DNA from: Macrostomum lignano
Lineage: Eukaryota
Assembly (NCBI GenBank): GCA_002269645.1
Contig: NIVC01001387.1
Coordinates: 235,118-299,117, forward strand
Reading direction: 5' to 3'
Length of the DNA stretch: 64,000 nucleotides
Shown: piece after piece, positions 18,669 through 33,859 of the stretch
How positions within the stretch are numbered: the first letter of the stretch is position 1
Layout of the letters: each line of letters begins with the position of its first letter
Made by a program: the position numbers and the translations under genes
Notes under the pieces: model-generated
Database searches by the model: none
What the model was told of the DNA's origin: nothing
Seen by the model: the letters and a program-made list of their open reading frames with translations, nothing else

Positions 18669-21600
18669 ATGAGTACAACAGCAGATTCATTTGGAGCTTT
18701 CGACCCGTCTCCGATTAGATCAAGGGTCAAGAGCCAAACTGAAAAGGATAAAATTTCTAGCTTGATTAAGAACGAACATGTGGATCCGTTTTCAGAAGAC
18801 GATGCAGAATTGTTGACACTAAATCGAAAGCCAGCATGCTTCTTAATAATTGGAAAGCCTGGTTCAGGAAAGACCACTTTGGCTAAAAAGATTCGTGATG
18901 CTTTTAATTGTGAGCTCGTTAATCCAACAGAAATTCTTAATGGGATAATTCACACAGAGACTGAGCTCGGAGAAGAACTTCGAAAAAAGCTGGAAGCAGG
19001 CGAGATTTTGAGCGATGAAGTTGTTTTTAATGTAAGAATTTTTCAGTGTTGAATATATATGCATATATTTTTTGCTTTTGTTTGTAGAAATTTGTAGAGC
19101 ATAAATCACAGTAAAATATAGTTATTAAAGTTAGTAGACTAGAGGTTGCAAATGTGTAATAACTTCCATAAAAATTTTTAAGCATGTACTTCAGCTCTTT
19201 ACTTTACCAGGTGTTTTACAGAAGGTTAAAGACATAGTATTTAGTTTTAGTTTTAAAATTTTCCATCAGTTTAATATACACTTGCATTTGGCATATAGCT
19301 ATATTTTTTGCAGTTGAAATGGTGCACAGTCAGCACAGAGCTTCTTTTTCTTGTTGGGCTTTGATATTTACTAAATTGACAAAAATATTATCTCAACTGA
19401 TTTAATGGACCTTAAACTTTAATAATAGTAGTAATAGTAGGGCTGGATATATCAATATCGTATAGCATTGTTCCTTGGAATCGGTACTCATAAATTTATA
19501 GCACACAAAGAGATGGACTTGAATTATCAGACGAAAATCGATAATATGAAAATATATTGTGACATTTCATGTTTCTCTTATATTTCTTGAAAAAGTAAAC
19601 AAAAAGATGGTACTAATTTCTGATGCCTGTTGATATTTTATTATATTTTGCTTTTCTAAAAGGTAAATATTCTGCACTTTTGAACTAAGCTAGTCTACAG
19701 AAAAAAATTAATACAACAATACTAATCTGAATTTAATTTCTATGATTTTGCTTAAGCATTCAGGCGGACATTAACGAAAGCTGGTAATTTACATGAACTG
19801 AAATTTTCTACAATGCGTTGATAAAATTTCGTTTTATTTTCACTGCATTTTATTGTATTTGGTCACTGATCATTAAATGTGGTACAATTTTTTGCTTTTT
19901 ACTTTTTAAATAATTATGGAGAAAAATTCACAAGGAGGCAGTTTCGCCACTTTCACAGTTAGTTTACTACAGCTAATGTATCGACTTTAATTAATGTTGC
20001 ATTTTTCAATTTCTTTCGCCAACTCAGCTGCTATTGGACAAACTGAAGTCGCCAGAGGTGCAGCATCATGGCTATGTCCTGGATGGCCTGCCCTGCTCAA
20101 ACGACAGCTTCATGCCGATGCAGAAGCAGCTGGATCTGCTCAAATCAATGTCCCTGTCGCCCGACTACATCCTGCACCTGAAGCTGACTAACGAGGATCT
20201 TCAATCGCGACGGTCACCGTCCGGATCGACTTCGAGGACGGCGCTCTCTACGGCAAGGAGTTTTACGACCCGGACAAGCCGGAGAAGCAGCCTAAAGAGG
20301 AGAAACCTGAGCCAGACGCAGACGACGATGAGGAAGAGAAGAAGAAGAGGAGCTCGAAGAGGAAGAAGAGCTGGAACTGCCAGGCAGCGCGGACTTCCCG
20401 CTTCTGGCACCGGAAGTGATCCAGCGACTGCTACGTCGGCCCGAGGACATGCCGCAGTCGGTGACGGCCGGCATTGACGACTACGTGGCGCGGTGCCAAC
20501 GCCTGGTAGAGGACCTGATGTCCGATCACGATCAACAATGCGTTATCGAGCTCAACGCAACTCTGCTGCCGTCAGACATCTTCCGGCAGGTCCAGTTGAA
20601 GCTGCAGAGCCTCGGCGTTCAACCGGCGGTGACACCGATGCGCTTGTTTGAGGCTGGCAACGAGGAGGACCAGCCGCCTGAGGACATGGACACCGAGGAG
20701 CTCATGCGCATGCTGGGGCCCAAGAAGATGCCAGCGCCAAGGTGAATGAAACCCACAGAATTATGGTTGGAAGCTTGTGAACAGATCTATAGTTTATTAC
20801 ACTGTGAAAGTTAGTAGCTAGTAAACTTCTAGGACCAGCAGCGAAACTGTCAGACCTTCGTGAGAAGGTAGGAAGCTCAGAAAGGGAAGCTAGTTGTCCT
20901 CTATGACTAGATACGAACCCAATAAAACTCCGTGACTACGAGCTAAAAGAGAACCAACCACCCAGGAAGCAAACCAATGACCCACTATAACCGCACTTAC
21001 AGGTATCGCTGGCAGCGCAGCAGGTGGCTCCGCTATTGCCCGGTGGCCCTGTACGAAGGCTCCCTGGTACCCGGCAACCGGAGTTCTGCTGCAGCTTCCT
21101 CAACAAGATTTACTGCCTCTCGTCTCTCGAAGCTTTGGCCAAGTTCACTAAAAATCCCCGACCGTACTTGCTGCCGCCGCAGCCGCGTCCTCCGGTCAAG
21201 GTGGTAGTTTCTGGACCGCCACATTCGGGCAAAACGTCTACGGCATTCCTCTTAGCCGAACGGTACAACGCCAAGGTGATCGACTTCGAAGCGCTGATGC
21301 TGCCGCGGATCGAAGCAGCAGATTCGGCTCGACTGGAGAAAGTCGCTCAGAGGCACGGCTCTGGCCATAGAGATTGTCCGCGCCAAACTGCGCGAGGCGG
21401 CCGCGGCGGCCAAGCAAGCGGCGGAGAGGGCCAAGCAGGAAGCTGAGGAGGCCCGACGGGCAGCCGAAGCGGCCAAAGGTGGCGAAGCTGAAGGCGAGGA
21501 GGAAGGCGAAGGCGAGGGCGACGGAGAGGTGAGGAAATGGCGAAGCAGAGGAGGCGAAGAAGGAGGAAGAGGGGGCCGCGGCAGCTCCGGAGCCCGACGG

Positions 21601-24600
21601 GACAAACACCGCCGCCGCCGATGTTGGCGCAGTCGAGGGCGGCGAGGAAGAAGAGCAGGACGAGCCTCTGCCGGAAGTGGACGCCCAGCATCCGGAAGTG
21701 GTGGCCATAGTTGAGGCCAAAGTCAAGGAGGCGGCTAGTGCGAAGGCTACACTGGATGCAGAGATTTACGTCGAAGTTCTGGAGGATGCCATTCGTCAGG
21801 TTGGAGTTTGCCTGTTGTCTGTTTGCTTAGCTGGTTGGCTGGTTGGTTAGTTACTCTAAGTACTCACTTACAGGGATGCATAAGCAGGCTCAGATAAGAA
21901 ACTATAGAAAATTCGCTCTGTCGCACCGCCGCAGGTGGAACGCGAGCAGCGCCAGTCGGCTCCAAACGACCAGGGACCCCTAGCCGGCGGCTGGGTGATC
22001 GACAATTTCTCGTTGAATCGCGATGTCTGGAACGCCGTGCTCGAGAAGGGCCAAGAGAAGGGCCTTCTTCCCGACGAGTTGGTGATCCTGCGCGACTCAA
22101 GCGACGGCGGCGAGTACCTGCTGCGCCGCTGGTACCAGCGCAACCGCGACTCGGTGCGCGCCAGCGTCCAGGAGCGCCTGGATCGCGAGGCCGAGGAGAA
22201 GCGCCGTCGCGAGGAGGAGGCGCTGCGCAAACTGGAAGAAGAGCGCGCCGAGCAGGAGCGCCTGGCGCTCGAGGCCGAGCGGCTGGCCAAAGAAGCCGGC
22301 GAGAGCGAAGAGGGCGAAGAGGGCGAAGGCGAGGGCGATGGCAAAGCCAAGAAAACTGCCGAGGAGGAAGGCGAGGAAGAAGAGGAAGAAGAGAACGATG
22401 ACGAGGAGGAAGAAGAGAAGCGGCCAACCCGCCAGCCCGAGGTGAAATTCCAGGAGCCGCCTGCGTCCTCCGTCGAGCCTGAGGAGGCCGGCGCTGGGAG
22501 CGCCGACGCTGACGACGCTGCTGAAGCTCCGGAGGATCCGCTAGACCAGCCGCTGCCGCCGCCCGGTCCGGAAATTGACGTGGCCAGAGCCAAGCGCAAG
22601 GAGTTCGAGTCCGAGTTCGCCGGCATAGTTACGGCGGTGCAGAGTAACACCGGCATCGACCCCACCGAGGTGGTGATCAACGATCGCACAGAAGAGGACA
22701 TTGTCAACGAAATTGTTGCCACCATGGAGAAGCCGTTCCGCTATCAGGCCTGGGAGCTCACCGGCCAGGACATCGAGGAGGAGGAGGAGGACAACGAGGC
22801 GGCCAAGGCGGAAGAGCAGAAGCCCGAGGAAGAGGAGGAGGGCGGCGCCGAGGAGGAGGAAGATCCCAACCGGGGCAAGAACAAACAGCTGGGCGAGTCC
22901 AGCTTCTTCTGTCCAGTCAGCCTCCACGACAATCAGGTGGTTGTTTGTGTTTCCTAGAAACTGACGAAAAGACGTCCTTTTGACATCCAATCTTTAACGC
23001 TCAAATCTGGCGCCATCACCCACACTTTCACCTCCTCAATTCCCTAATCCAGGTGATGTGGCCTGGCAACCCGGAGATCGCCGCCAAGTATCGCGGCAAG
23101 GTCTATTATTTCGCGTCCAACGAAGCTCGAGACAAGTTCCTCGAACAGCCGGAGCTCTTCCTGCCAACCGACACGCCATTGAAGCCGCCGCCTCTTCGCC
23201 TGCTGATCCTCGGTCCGAAAGGCTCGGGCAAAACTCTGCACGGAAAGCAGCTGGCCCGCCGACTTGGCCTGTTTCACATCTCCTTCCGCGACCGGCTGCA
23301 AGAAGTTGTGCTGCCGAAAACGCGCAAGCGGATCGGCCCGGATCACGAGGAGCAGCTGGAGGAGTTGCCTGAGGAGCTGCCCGACCTGCCTGAGACGTCC
23401 GTGACCGGACCCGACGGTGAGCCGGTCGAGGTTGAAGAGCCATCGGAGAAGTCGCCGGAGGAGCCGGACGAGGAGGAGGAAATCTCTTACTCGGATCTGG
23501 AGGAGAACGTGAAGAACAACATTGAGAAGCAGGATCCGCTGACTAATGAGTCCTTGGAGACTCTGCTGACGCAGTTCTGGCGCAGCGAACCGTTCAAGAA
23601 CACCGGATTCGTGCTCGAAGGCTTCCCCAGGACGCCCGAGGAGGCGCAATTCCTCGCCGAGGCCGGCCTATTCGTCGATGGAGCGATCGTGTTGAACACG
23701 GGCGACCAGGAGATCATCGCCCGGATGCTGCCGCCTAAGCTGGAGAAATGGCGCGAGCGTCGAAAGCAGAAGAACGACATCAAGCAGCGTAACAAGGAGA
23801 AGTCGCAGAAGAAGCGCCAGGAAGCGATGGAGAAGCGACGCAAGGAGCTGCTGAAGGAGAACGAGGAGGCTCGCAAGGAGCGCCAGGAGCAGCGCAAAGC
23901 GGAACGGCAGCAACGCATTGAGGACGGTGAAATCGAGGAGGGCGACGAAGAGGAAGAAGAAGAAGAGGAGGAGGAAGAGGAGGCCAACGACATCGAAGCG
24001 ATCCTGGCTGAGGAGTTTGAGGAGGAGGAGGAGATGGAGGATGAGGACGAGGAGCCTGAGGAGGACGCCATCGATCGGCTGAAGAACGACATTAACGATG
24101 TGTACGACGGCGATCTGAACTCGCTGGACGCTGTCAAGGATGTGCTGGAGGAGATGCTGATTCCGCGTTTCGTAGTCGAGTCGGGCAAGAAGCCGCATAT
24201 TGTGCGCCACTACATCACCAAGAGCCTGCGCTACCTTATCGAGAACCGGCGCAGCATCTTCGAGCGAGTTTACCCGGTATCGGAAAAGACCGCCGCCCGT
24301 CTGCTCACCACCGGCTACAAGCACCTCAGCAGCTTCGGCCACTGGTGCCCAGTCGCTCTGTACGACGGTGACTGCGTCCTGCCTCTCGCCGACGAGGCGC
24401 ATCCGACTTTCCCGGCCGTCTATCAGAGCTTCGTCTACTTCATGTCCAGCGCGGCCAGGCGCGACTCCTTCGCCGCCGACCCGCGTCGCTACCTGGACAG
24501 CAGCGCCAAGCACCCGCGGGTGGTGGTCCCGATTAGGGTGGCCGTTCTAGGCCCGCCGAAGTCCGGCAAGACCGCCCTGGCCAGCCGATTTGCCAAGGAC

Positions 24601-26813
24601 CTCGGCCTCGTCCGGCTCAGTGCGGGAGACGCTCTTCGTCGAGTACTGCAGGAGCAGCGAAAGACCTCACTGGCCAAGGAGATTAATAGGCACCTGCTGG
24701 CTGGAGGCGTGGCGCCCGAGGAGCTGGTCGTGCGCGCTGTCGAGACCGTCCTGATGGACACGCAAACCTCCGTTCGGGGCTACGTACTCGATGGATTTCC
24801 ATGCAGCATGCGCCAGGTGAAGCTGCTCACCCAGCACGGCATTGTACCGCACAAGGTGTTTCTATTAAACGTCGATCATCAGGAGCTCATGATTCGCGGT
24901 ACCAACGACCGACTGCGCACGGACAAGCCCTACGTAATGCACGACTCTGCCCAAGTGCTGGCCGTTAAGCTGGCCTGCTATCGCAAGGAGAGCGATCCGG
25001 TGGCCAACTGGTACAGGGAGCAGCACCGGAGTCTGTGCCAGCTGGATGGCACGCAGTCCAAGTGGCTACTTTGGGAGACAGCCCTAGCTGGGGCTAAGAA
25101 GCAGACAGCCCACATTCAGCAGTACGTCTACAGGGTGCGCCGAGACACGGCCGCGTCCATCGCCGACATGTGCATCACGGACAGGGAGTTCCTGGCCCGC
25201 CTGGGCGAGTACCGTCAGTACTGTCCGGTGAGACTGCAAGCTCACGGCGAACTGGTCGACTGCTCGGAGACGCCCGGTCTGAACTACGCGGCGGAGTTCC
25301 GGGGTCGCTACTATAAGTGCGCCGGCCCGAACGAGCTGGCCAAATTCCTCGATGGCGCGGCGAAGTTCGTGCCGCCGTTGGCCACCAGACTGCTGCCAAC
25401 GGACAACTTGCTGCCAAAGAAAGTGTTGCAATCGGCTGTGCGGTCCAAGTTCCCTATGCAGCTGCACTTGCAGGGCTATTGCCCTGTCACCTTTTTGAGT
25501 GGCAAGCAGCGTTACGAAGCTCTGGTGCCCGGTAACAAAGACCTGCTGGTTGAGTACACAGACCGGCTGTACTGCTTCTCCGATGAAGGCGCTCGAGACT
25601 GCTTCATGCGCAAGTGAGCATCCGATTCGAAACCTCGAAACTTTTTAATGAATAATAGTTCACAAATTTCAGTTTCTATTTCAATTTAGCTTTGTAAATG
25701 TTATACTAATCAGACTGCTTAAAGTAGGATAATCGAACAGATTCGCCAATATGTAGCGCTGCAACGCCAAAATGAGTGTCATTGGCACTAAAATGAGTGC
25801 CTGCGGTGCCAAAATGAGTGTCATTGGCACTAAAATGAGTGCCTGCGGGTGCCAAAATGAGTGTCATTGGCACTAAAATGAGTGCCTGCGGTGCCAAAAT
25901 GAGTGTCATTGGCACTAAAATGAGTGCCTGCGGTGCCAAAATGAGTGTCATTGGCACTAAAATGAGTGCCTGCGGTGCCAAAATGAGTGTCATTGGCACT
26001 AAAATGAGTGCCTGCGGGTGCCAAAATGAGTGTCATTGGCACTAAAATGAGTGCCTGCGGGTGCCAAAATGAGTGTCATTGGCACTAAAATGAGTGCCTG
26101 CGGGTGCCAAAATGAGTGTCATTGGCACTAAAATGAGTGCCTGCGGGTGCCAAAATGAGTGTCATTGGCACTAAAATGAGTGCCTGCGGTGCCAAAATGA
26201 GTGTCATTGGCACTAAAATGAGTGCCTGCGGGTGCCAAAATGAGTGTCATTGGCACTAAAATGAGTGCCTGCGGTGCCAAAATGAGTGCTAACAACGCCG
26301 ATTCCCAAAATAATGTCGGAATTGTGTCACGTAGAACTCTTGCCTCTGTCCCCACTGTCAATTTGTAACCAACTGCACTGCAGACCGGAGCTATACTGGG
26401 ATCTGCAGCTGCCTGCCAAGCTGCCGCCACTGAAGAACCCCACCGACGTGACGAAGCTGCCAATACCTGGCTACCTGGAGCAGACGCTCGCCGATGCACT
26501 TCGCAACGCCCTGACAGCCGCGGCCAACTTCAAGCCAAAGTACCCATTCCTGAGCCAGGACCGCTCCGCCGCCATCTACATTGGCCTGCACCTGAAAGCC
26601 TACAATCCCAGCAGTCCGGCCTACACCAAGCAGAAATATCGGCGCAAACTGGAGGAGTTTGAGGCCCAGTGCCGCATCATCCAGCAGTTGGGGGACAGCA
26701 TGACGCTCAAGTACAAGGAGCCCTCCAAACGGCCTCCTAAGCTCGACGTCAACTTGGAAGCTTTCCAGAAATTGAAACGACAAATTGACGAGCCGGCTTT
26801 GTGGACAAGTTGA
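18669..26813 (+). CDS. AK9: Adenylate kinase 9 (multi-AK-domain ciliary/flagellar nucleoside kinase), complete
   Basis: Exons 18669-19031, 20028-20741, 21003-21799, 21935-22936, 23053-25613, 26384-26813, all GT-AG. P-loops are GKPGSGKT, GPPHSGKT, GPKGSGKT and GPPKSGKT. There are repeated CPV-x-L YHS-like modules (RYRWQRSRW...CPV, FGHWCPV, YRQYCPV, LQGYCPV) and acidic tracts as in AK9. Several 1-nt frameshifts occur in exons 2-3. Confidence 0.93.
25765..26290. repeat. 42-bp minisatellite made of two related 21-bp subunits, in the last AK9 intron
   Basis: AAAATGAGTGTCATTGGCACT + AAAATGAGTGCCTGCGGTGCC. Confidence 0.95.
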
Positions 26814-27514
26814 GAAGCGAGGGCCGGGATTCGAACTCGAGACTTTACTTGATTATCTGATGCCGGTTTGTCCATGGCAAACTACGTAAAAAAAGCAAAC
26901 CTAATTTCTGAACGTATGGTAAATCAGTTTTCATGCCAGAAACGACTAAAAAACTACAAATATTTTTGTTTAACTTCGTACTGAAGAGCTGTTTTTTTTC
27001 ACTAAAAGATCTGCTTTGCTAAAGTAAATTTAAAAAAGTGTTCTTGAAATGTAGTTCGTAAAATATAATAAGGATTTGATAAAAATAGGCCTAACCGCTA
27101 CTTAAACTGTCTTTTTCACTTTGAATTGTTCATAATAAATATTAAAAAGTTGATCAAGTACGAGCAACTATATAAGCTATCGAACAGTGTGACCTGGGCT
27201 TACTTTGTTGACCTGGAGCCATTTAGATGCTAATTTTCCGTTTTATAATTTTGTTGAAGCACCTGCGCCCGCTGCTCTAACGCCAGCTTCGGATTCTGGC
27301 GCCAATATGTCGCCGTGACGGAGTGACCAAAGCTCTCGTGGGGGGTTCAGGTGGCCGCGGACCCAAACCCCACCCCCAGTCGCCCCCACAAAAGTAGCAC
27401 TCCTCTAAAAACTAAATTAAGCAGCAGATAAACACAAACTTGGATGTGGCATCAGCCAGACTAAGATACAGGGGTATGGGCGCCAACCAGGAAGCAAGGA
27501 ATACTTAGCAACAC

Positions 27515-27965
27515 AGGACAGAAAGATAGAGGGGGGCAACCAGGAAGATAGAGGGGGCAACCAGGAAGATAGAGGGGGGGTTAAAAAGGAAGATAGAGGA
27601 GGGGGCAACCAGGAAGATAGAGGGGGGGGGCAACCAGGAAGATAAAGGGGGCAACCAGGAACATAGAGGGTGGCAACCAGGAAGATAGAGGGGGGGCAAC
27701 CAGGAAGATAGAGGGGGGCAACCAGGAAGATAGAGGGGGGCAACCAGGAAGATAGAGGGGGCAACCAGGAAGATAGAGGGGGGGCAACCAGGAAGATAAA
27801 GGGGGGGGGCAACCAGGAAGATAAAGGGGGCAACCAGGAAGATAGAGGGGGGGAACCAGGAAGATAGAGGGGGGCAACCAGGAAGATAGAGGGGGGCAAC
27901 CAGGAAGATAGAGGGTGGCAACCAGGAAGATAGAGGGGGCAACCAGAAGGATAGAGGGGGGGGGC
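27515..27965. repeat. Purine-rich minisatellite of about 21-22 bp, G(n)CAACCAGGAAGATAGA
   Basis: Directly visible, with a variable G run. Confidence 0.93.
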
Positions 27966-27989
27966 AATCAGAAAGAGACAAGGGCGACA

Positions 27990-28485
27990 ACTAAGAGACA
28001 GGGGCGCCCACCAAGAGACAGGGGCGCCCACCAAGAGACAGGGGCGCACACCAAGAGACAGGGGCGCGCACCAAGAGACAGGGGCGCCCACCAAGAGACA
28101 GGGGCGCGCACCAAGAGACAGGGGCGCCCACCAAGAGACAGGGGCGCCCACCAAGAGACAGGGGCGCCCACCAAGAGACAGGGGCGCCCACCAAGAGACA
28201 GGGGCGCCCACCAAGAGACAGGGGTGCCCACCAAGAGACAGGGGCGCCCACCAAGAGACAGGGGCGCCCACCAAGAGACAGGGGCGCACACCAAGAGACA
28301 GGGGCGCGCACCAAGAGACAGGGGCGCCCACCAAGAGACAGGGGCGCGCACCAAGAGACAGGGGCGCCCACCAAGAGACAGGGGCGCCCACCAAGAGACA
28401 GGGGCGCCCACCAAGAGACAGGGGTGCCCACCAAGAGACAGGGGTGCCCACCAAGAGACAGGGGCGCCCACCAAGAGACAGGGGC
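27990..28485. repeat. 20-bp minisatellite GGGGCGCCCACCAAGAGACA
   Basis: Exact 20-bp period. Confidence 0.96.
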
Positions 28486-29689
28486 CGAGTTGCCCTTGGA
28501 ATTTCAGTGCCGAATAGCAAGGATGACGCTGGTAACTGAATTACCGCAGTTTAAAGCTGAGAATGAGTAAATAATTATAGAGGCAAATTTGACCAAAAAT
28601 ATATTTATGGTTCGATTTATTAGCTAATGCGACCTGCTACCTGGGACCTGTTACATACATGTACTTATATTAATGAGAATATCCGGCCATAAAAGAACCA
28701 AGGACTACTCAACTACGTTTCTTGAAAAATTTAAGGTGGCAGGGCTTACTGAAAAAATGCATTACGGAGAAAAAAGCGTATCAATTTTTCAGCACAAGCT
28801 TTTGATAGTATTCAGACCCAATGTTTATCTTTTGACATGCCTTGCCTTTCTTATGGCTCAATTGATATTTGAAGAGCTCTCGGTTTAGGAAATTTTGATT
28901 CCATGTTAATTTGATAATCTGCGTAGATGTCCTGCACCTAAAAATCATAAAAATGGCACAGCTAAACTCTTTCTTACGAGCGTATCACTTCTAACTGAGC
29001 ACATCTTTATTTAAGTTCAGTGCTAGCTAATAGCAATACTGCAATGCGATGCCTTAGTTATTCAATATTGGCGAGGCAGACAGGCGGGTCACGGAGCAGT
29101 TCGAATTCATCACCAAGGAGATCAGAGACGATCATGTGTCAAAGATAAAAACGGAAATTCTTAAGGGGGGAGGTGTCGGAACTACGGTACTGGCCGGGAG
29201 ATCAAGCTCCAGCACGAACCCCGACAAGGATGGAAAAATACAGAAAGATCGGCTCGCTTAAATGCAGCCCAGAATCATGCATCACGAGCGTGATTTGTGA
29301 ACAAAACGGCCTTTAACTTTCCTTTGACCGGTGTGCCTAGAAGCCGAGTGACGTCACCTACCTAGCCGTGCCGTGATTGGTTCATAAAATCTGGTTGATG
29401 CGCGGCTTCAACGGCACAAAGCAAGGGTAACCGCGGAAAGACTGGGATATTCAGAAAGAGGATTTGTTTGAATAGAATATCCTCTTGAATCAACTTGAAG
29501 TGAAATTTTTATAGCTTAAATTTAATGTCATAAGCTGCTTCAAAATTTCGGGTAAAACTAGTGTAGAACTGTCTCTTTATCATGAATCTGCGTGTTGCCT
29601 TGTCTATGGCCAAACTTTCTAATTTCGTTGTGTGTAGCCTTTTTTAACTTCTAACCGATTGTATTATTGCACAATTTTTTATTACAGAC

Positions 29690-31204
<1,515 letters not shown>

Positions 31205-31494
31205 TACGCATGGATAAAGACTGCCCATGAGGAGCCTTGCATAATTATGAGGGAGGGGTGGCTGATTGGTGGGATGCTTCTTCAAAGTGGTGATTGCGCC
31301 ATTATTTTTAATTGAGCTCCTGATGCTGGTCGCACATCCAGGTGGTCCAGCAAAGCTGACGCGCTCAGAGGTTTCTGGGGATCTGTTTAAAAGTGGGAGT
31401 TTTTTAGAAGTCTAAAATTGAATGAAAATCTAAAAAAATCATCTTTAATTGTTAGAACTTTTATGAGAATCTTTGAAGAATTTAATAGGAATCT

Positions 31495-32185
31495 TTGGGG
31501 CATTCAATAAGAATCTTTGGGGAATTCAATAAGAATCTTTGGGGAATTCAATAAGAATCATTGGGAAATTCAATAAGAATCGTTGGGGAATTCAATAAGG
31601 ATCGTTGGGGAATTCAAAAAGAATCGTTGGGGAATTCAATAAGGATCGTTGGGGAATTCAAAAAGAATCGTTGGGGAATTCAATAAGAATCGTTGGGGAA
31701 TTCAATAAGAATCTTTGGGGAATTCAATAAGAATCGTTGGGGAATTCAATAAGGATCATTGGAGAATTCAATAAGAATCGTTGGGGAATTCAAAAAGAAT
31801 CATTGGGGAATTCAATAAGAATCATTGGGGAATTCTTTAAGAATCCTTTTGGAATTCAATAAGAATCGTTAGGGAATTCAATAAGAATCTTTAGGGAATT
31901 CAATAAGAATCATTGGGGAATTCAATAAGAATCGTTAGCGAATTCAATAAGAATTCTTGGAGAATTCAATAGGAATCTTTGGGGAATTCAATAAGAATCT
32001 TTGGGGAACTCAATAAGAATCATTGGGGAATTCGAATCCTTGGGAAATTCAATAAGAATATTTGGGGAATTCAATAAGAATTATTGGGGAATTCAATAAC
32101 AATCATTGAGGAATTCAATAAGAATCTTTAAGGAATTCAATAAGAATCTTTCGGGAATTCAATAAGAATCCTTGGGGAATTCAAT
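31495..32185. repeat. 22-bp AT-rich minisatellite GGGGAATTCAATAAGAATC(G/T)TT
   Basis: Directly visible. Confidence 0.93.
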
Positions 32186-32689
32186 CAACATCCAAGGTTA
32201 TATAGTTTGTGGTTATCTTTTCCTCGCAAGAGCATAGATTTGAAGCATGTTTTGCCTTGCACGGACTGTATGGTATAATACGTATACCTGGCTAATTACC
32301 ATCTATGCATCAATCAGTTGGTTTTTCACCGCCGGTGCTCAGGACGGGAGCCCAGCTGAGAAAACAGTCCCCAAAACACGATAATCATTGCAGCTCTTTG
32401 CTGACCGAAAGCAGTCCAAATCTGCTAAATGATTTGAAGAAATCCTGCTGAAAATTGCTGAGAAACGTTCAAAGACAAAAAACGGAAAATTGGTCGTTTT
32501 TCCTTCTTTGGACAGCCTACTCCTAGAAGAGAGCCGCAGCTGCAGCACACGGAATAAACTGACAAAAAGAGAAGCTGCGCTCGTGCAAGCTAAAACCCGG
32601 CTGCAAATGATTAAATATTGATAGTACGAAGCTTTCTGCTTCTGCTTTCTGCATGTACTCGCGTGACGTCAAGTAAGCGAATTAAAAAT

Positions 32690-32925
<236 letters not shown>

Positions 32926-33444
32926 CCAAATTCAATGCAAGCCACCTCTCATCCAAGTCTTATGTTTTAACAGCCGAATTCTAGGACTCTTTTTGAAGGT
33001 CATCACCATGGTAACTGGTGATGCTACATGGCATCAGTTGAAAGTGGCTTCGTCATTAACAAGGATTTTTTACTTCATTTTGGTGACTCGACTGTCATGA
33101 AATGGTAAATGTCTCTGAGTAAAACTCATTTGCAATATTTGGCACCTATATTGTCAGTAGTAATTTCCTGCAGATGCATCAATTCTAGCAGAAATTTTTA
33201 TCTGTTTTTAATAATTTGGGAGAAAACAGGAAATGGGAAATGAAATTTGCTCGGACACCCAGGGTTTATGAACCGAAAAAAACGGATTTAAATTTTGAGT
33301 AGCATAGTCGCGCATCGAATTACAGATAAATTATAATATTATCGAAAAAAATCGATTAAACTTGGTTTTATTTAGTAGTGTTTTTTTTAAACAACAACAA
33401 CAGCAAATAGGAATGAAACTTGTGTCATAAGATTTGCGACTGGT

Positions 33445-33810
33445 GCAGGACACTGGGTGCAGGTATGAATGGACCCTGGGTGCAGGTATTGAAGGGACAC
33501 TGGGTGCAGGTATTGAAGGGACACAGGGTGCAGGTATTGAAGGGACACAGGGTGCAGGTATGAATGGACCCTGGGTGCAGGTATTGAAGGGACACTGGGT
33601 GCAGGTATTGAAGGGACACAGGGTGCAGGTATTGAAGGGACACTGGGTGCAGGTATTGAAGGGACACTGGGTGCAGGTATTGAAGGGACACTGGGTGCAG
33701 GTATGAAGGGACACTGAGTGCAGGTATGAATGGACCCTGGGTGCAGGTATGAATGGACCCTGGGTGCAGGTATGAATGGACCCTGGGTGCAGGTATTGAA
33801 GGGACACTGG
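33445..33810. repeat. 23/24-bp minisatellite GGGTGCAGGTAT(TGAAGGGACACT/GAATGGACCCT)
   Basis: Two unit variants are interleaved. Confidence 0.94.
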
Positions 33811-33859
33811 GAGTTCGCAATAATTAGTCAGTTAACCAGTTAGTTTTCGAATGCTCAAA

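Noticed and set aside
18669-26813. AK9 (and TOGARAM1) as pseudogenes or programmed-frameshift genes
   Set aside because: The slips are scattered 1-nt indels at homopolymers with no slippery-site/pseudoknot pattern or accompanying decay, so assembly error is more parsimonious.
26820-26850. B-box-like GAGTTCGAATCCC just after the AK9 stop
   Set aside because: No matching A-box or SINE body was recognisable, so it is too short to call.
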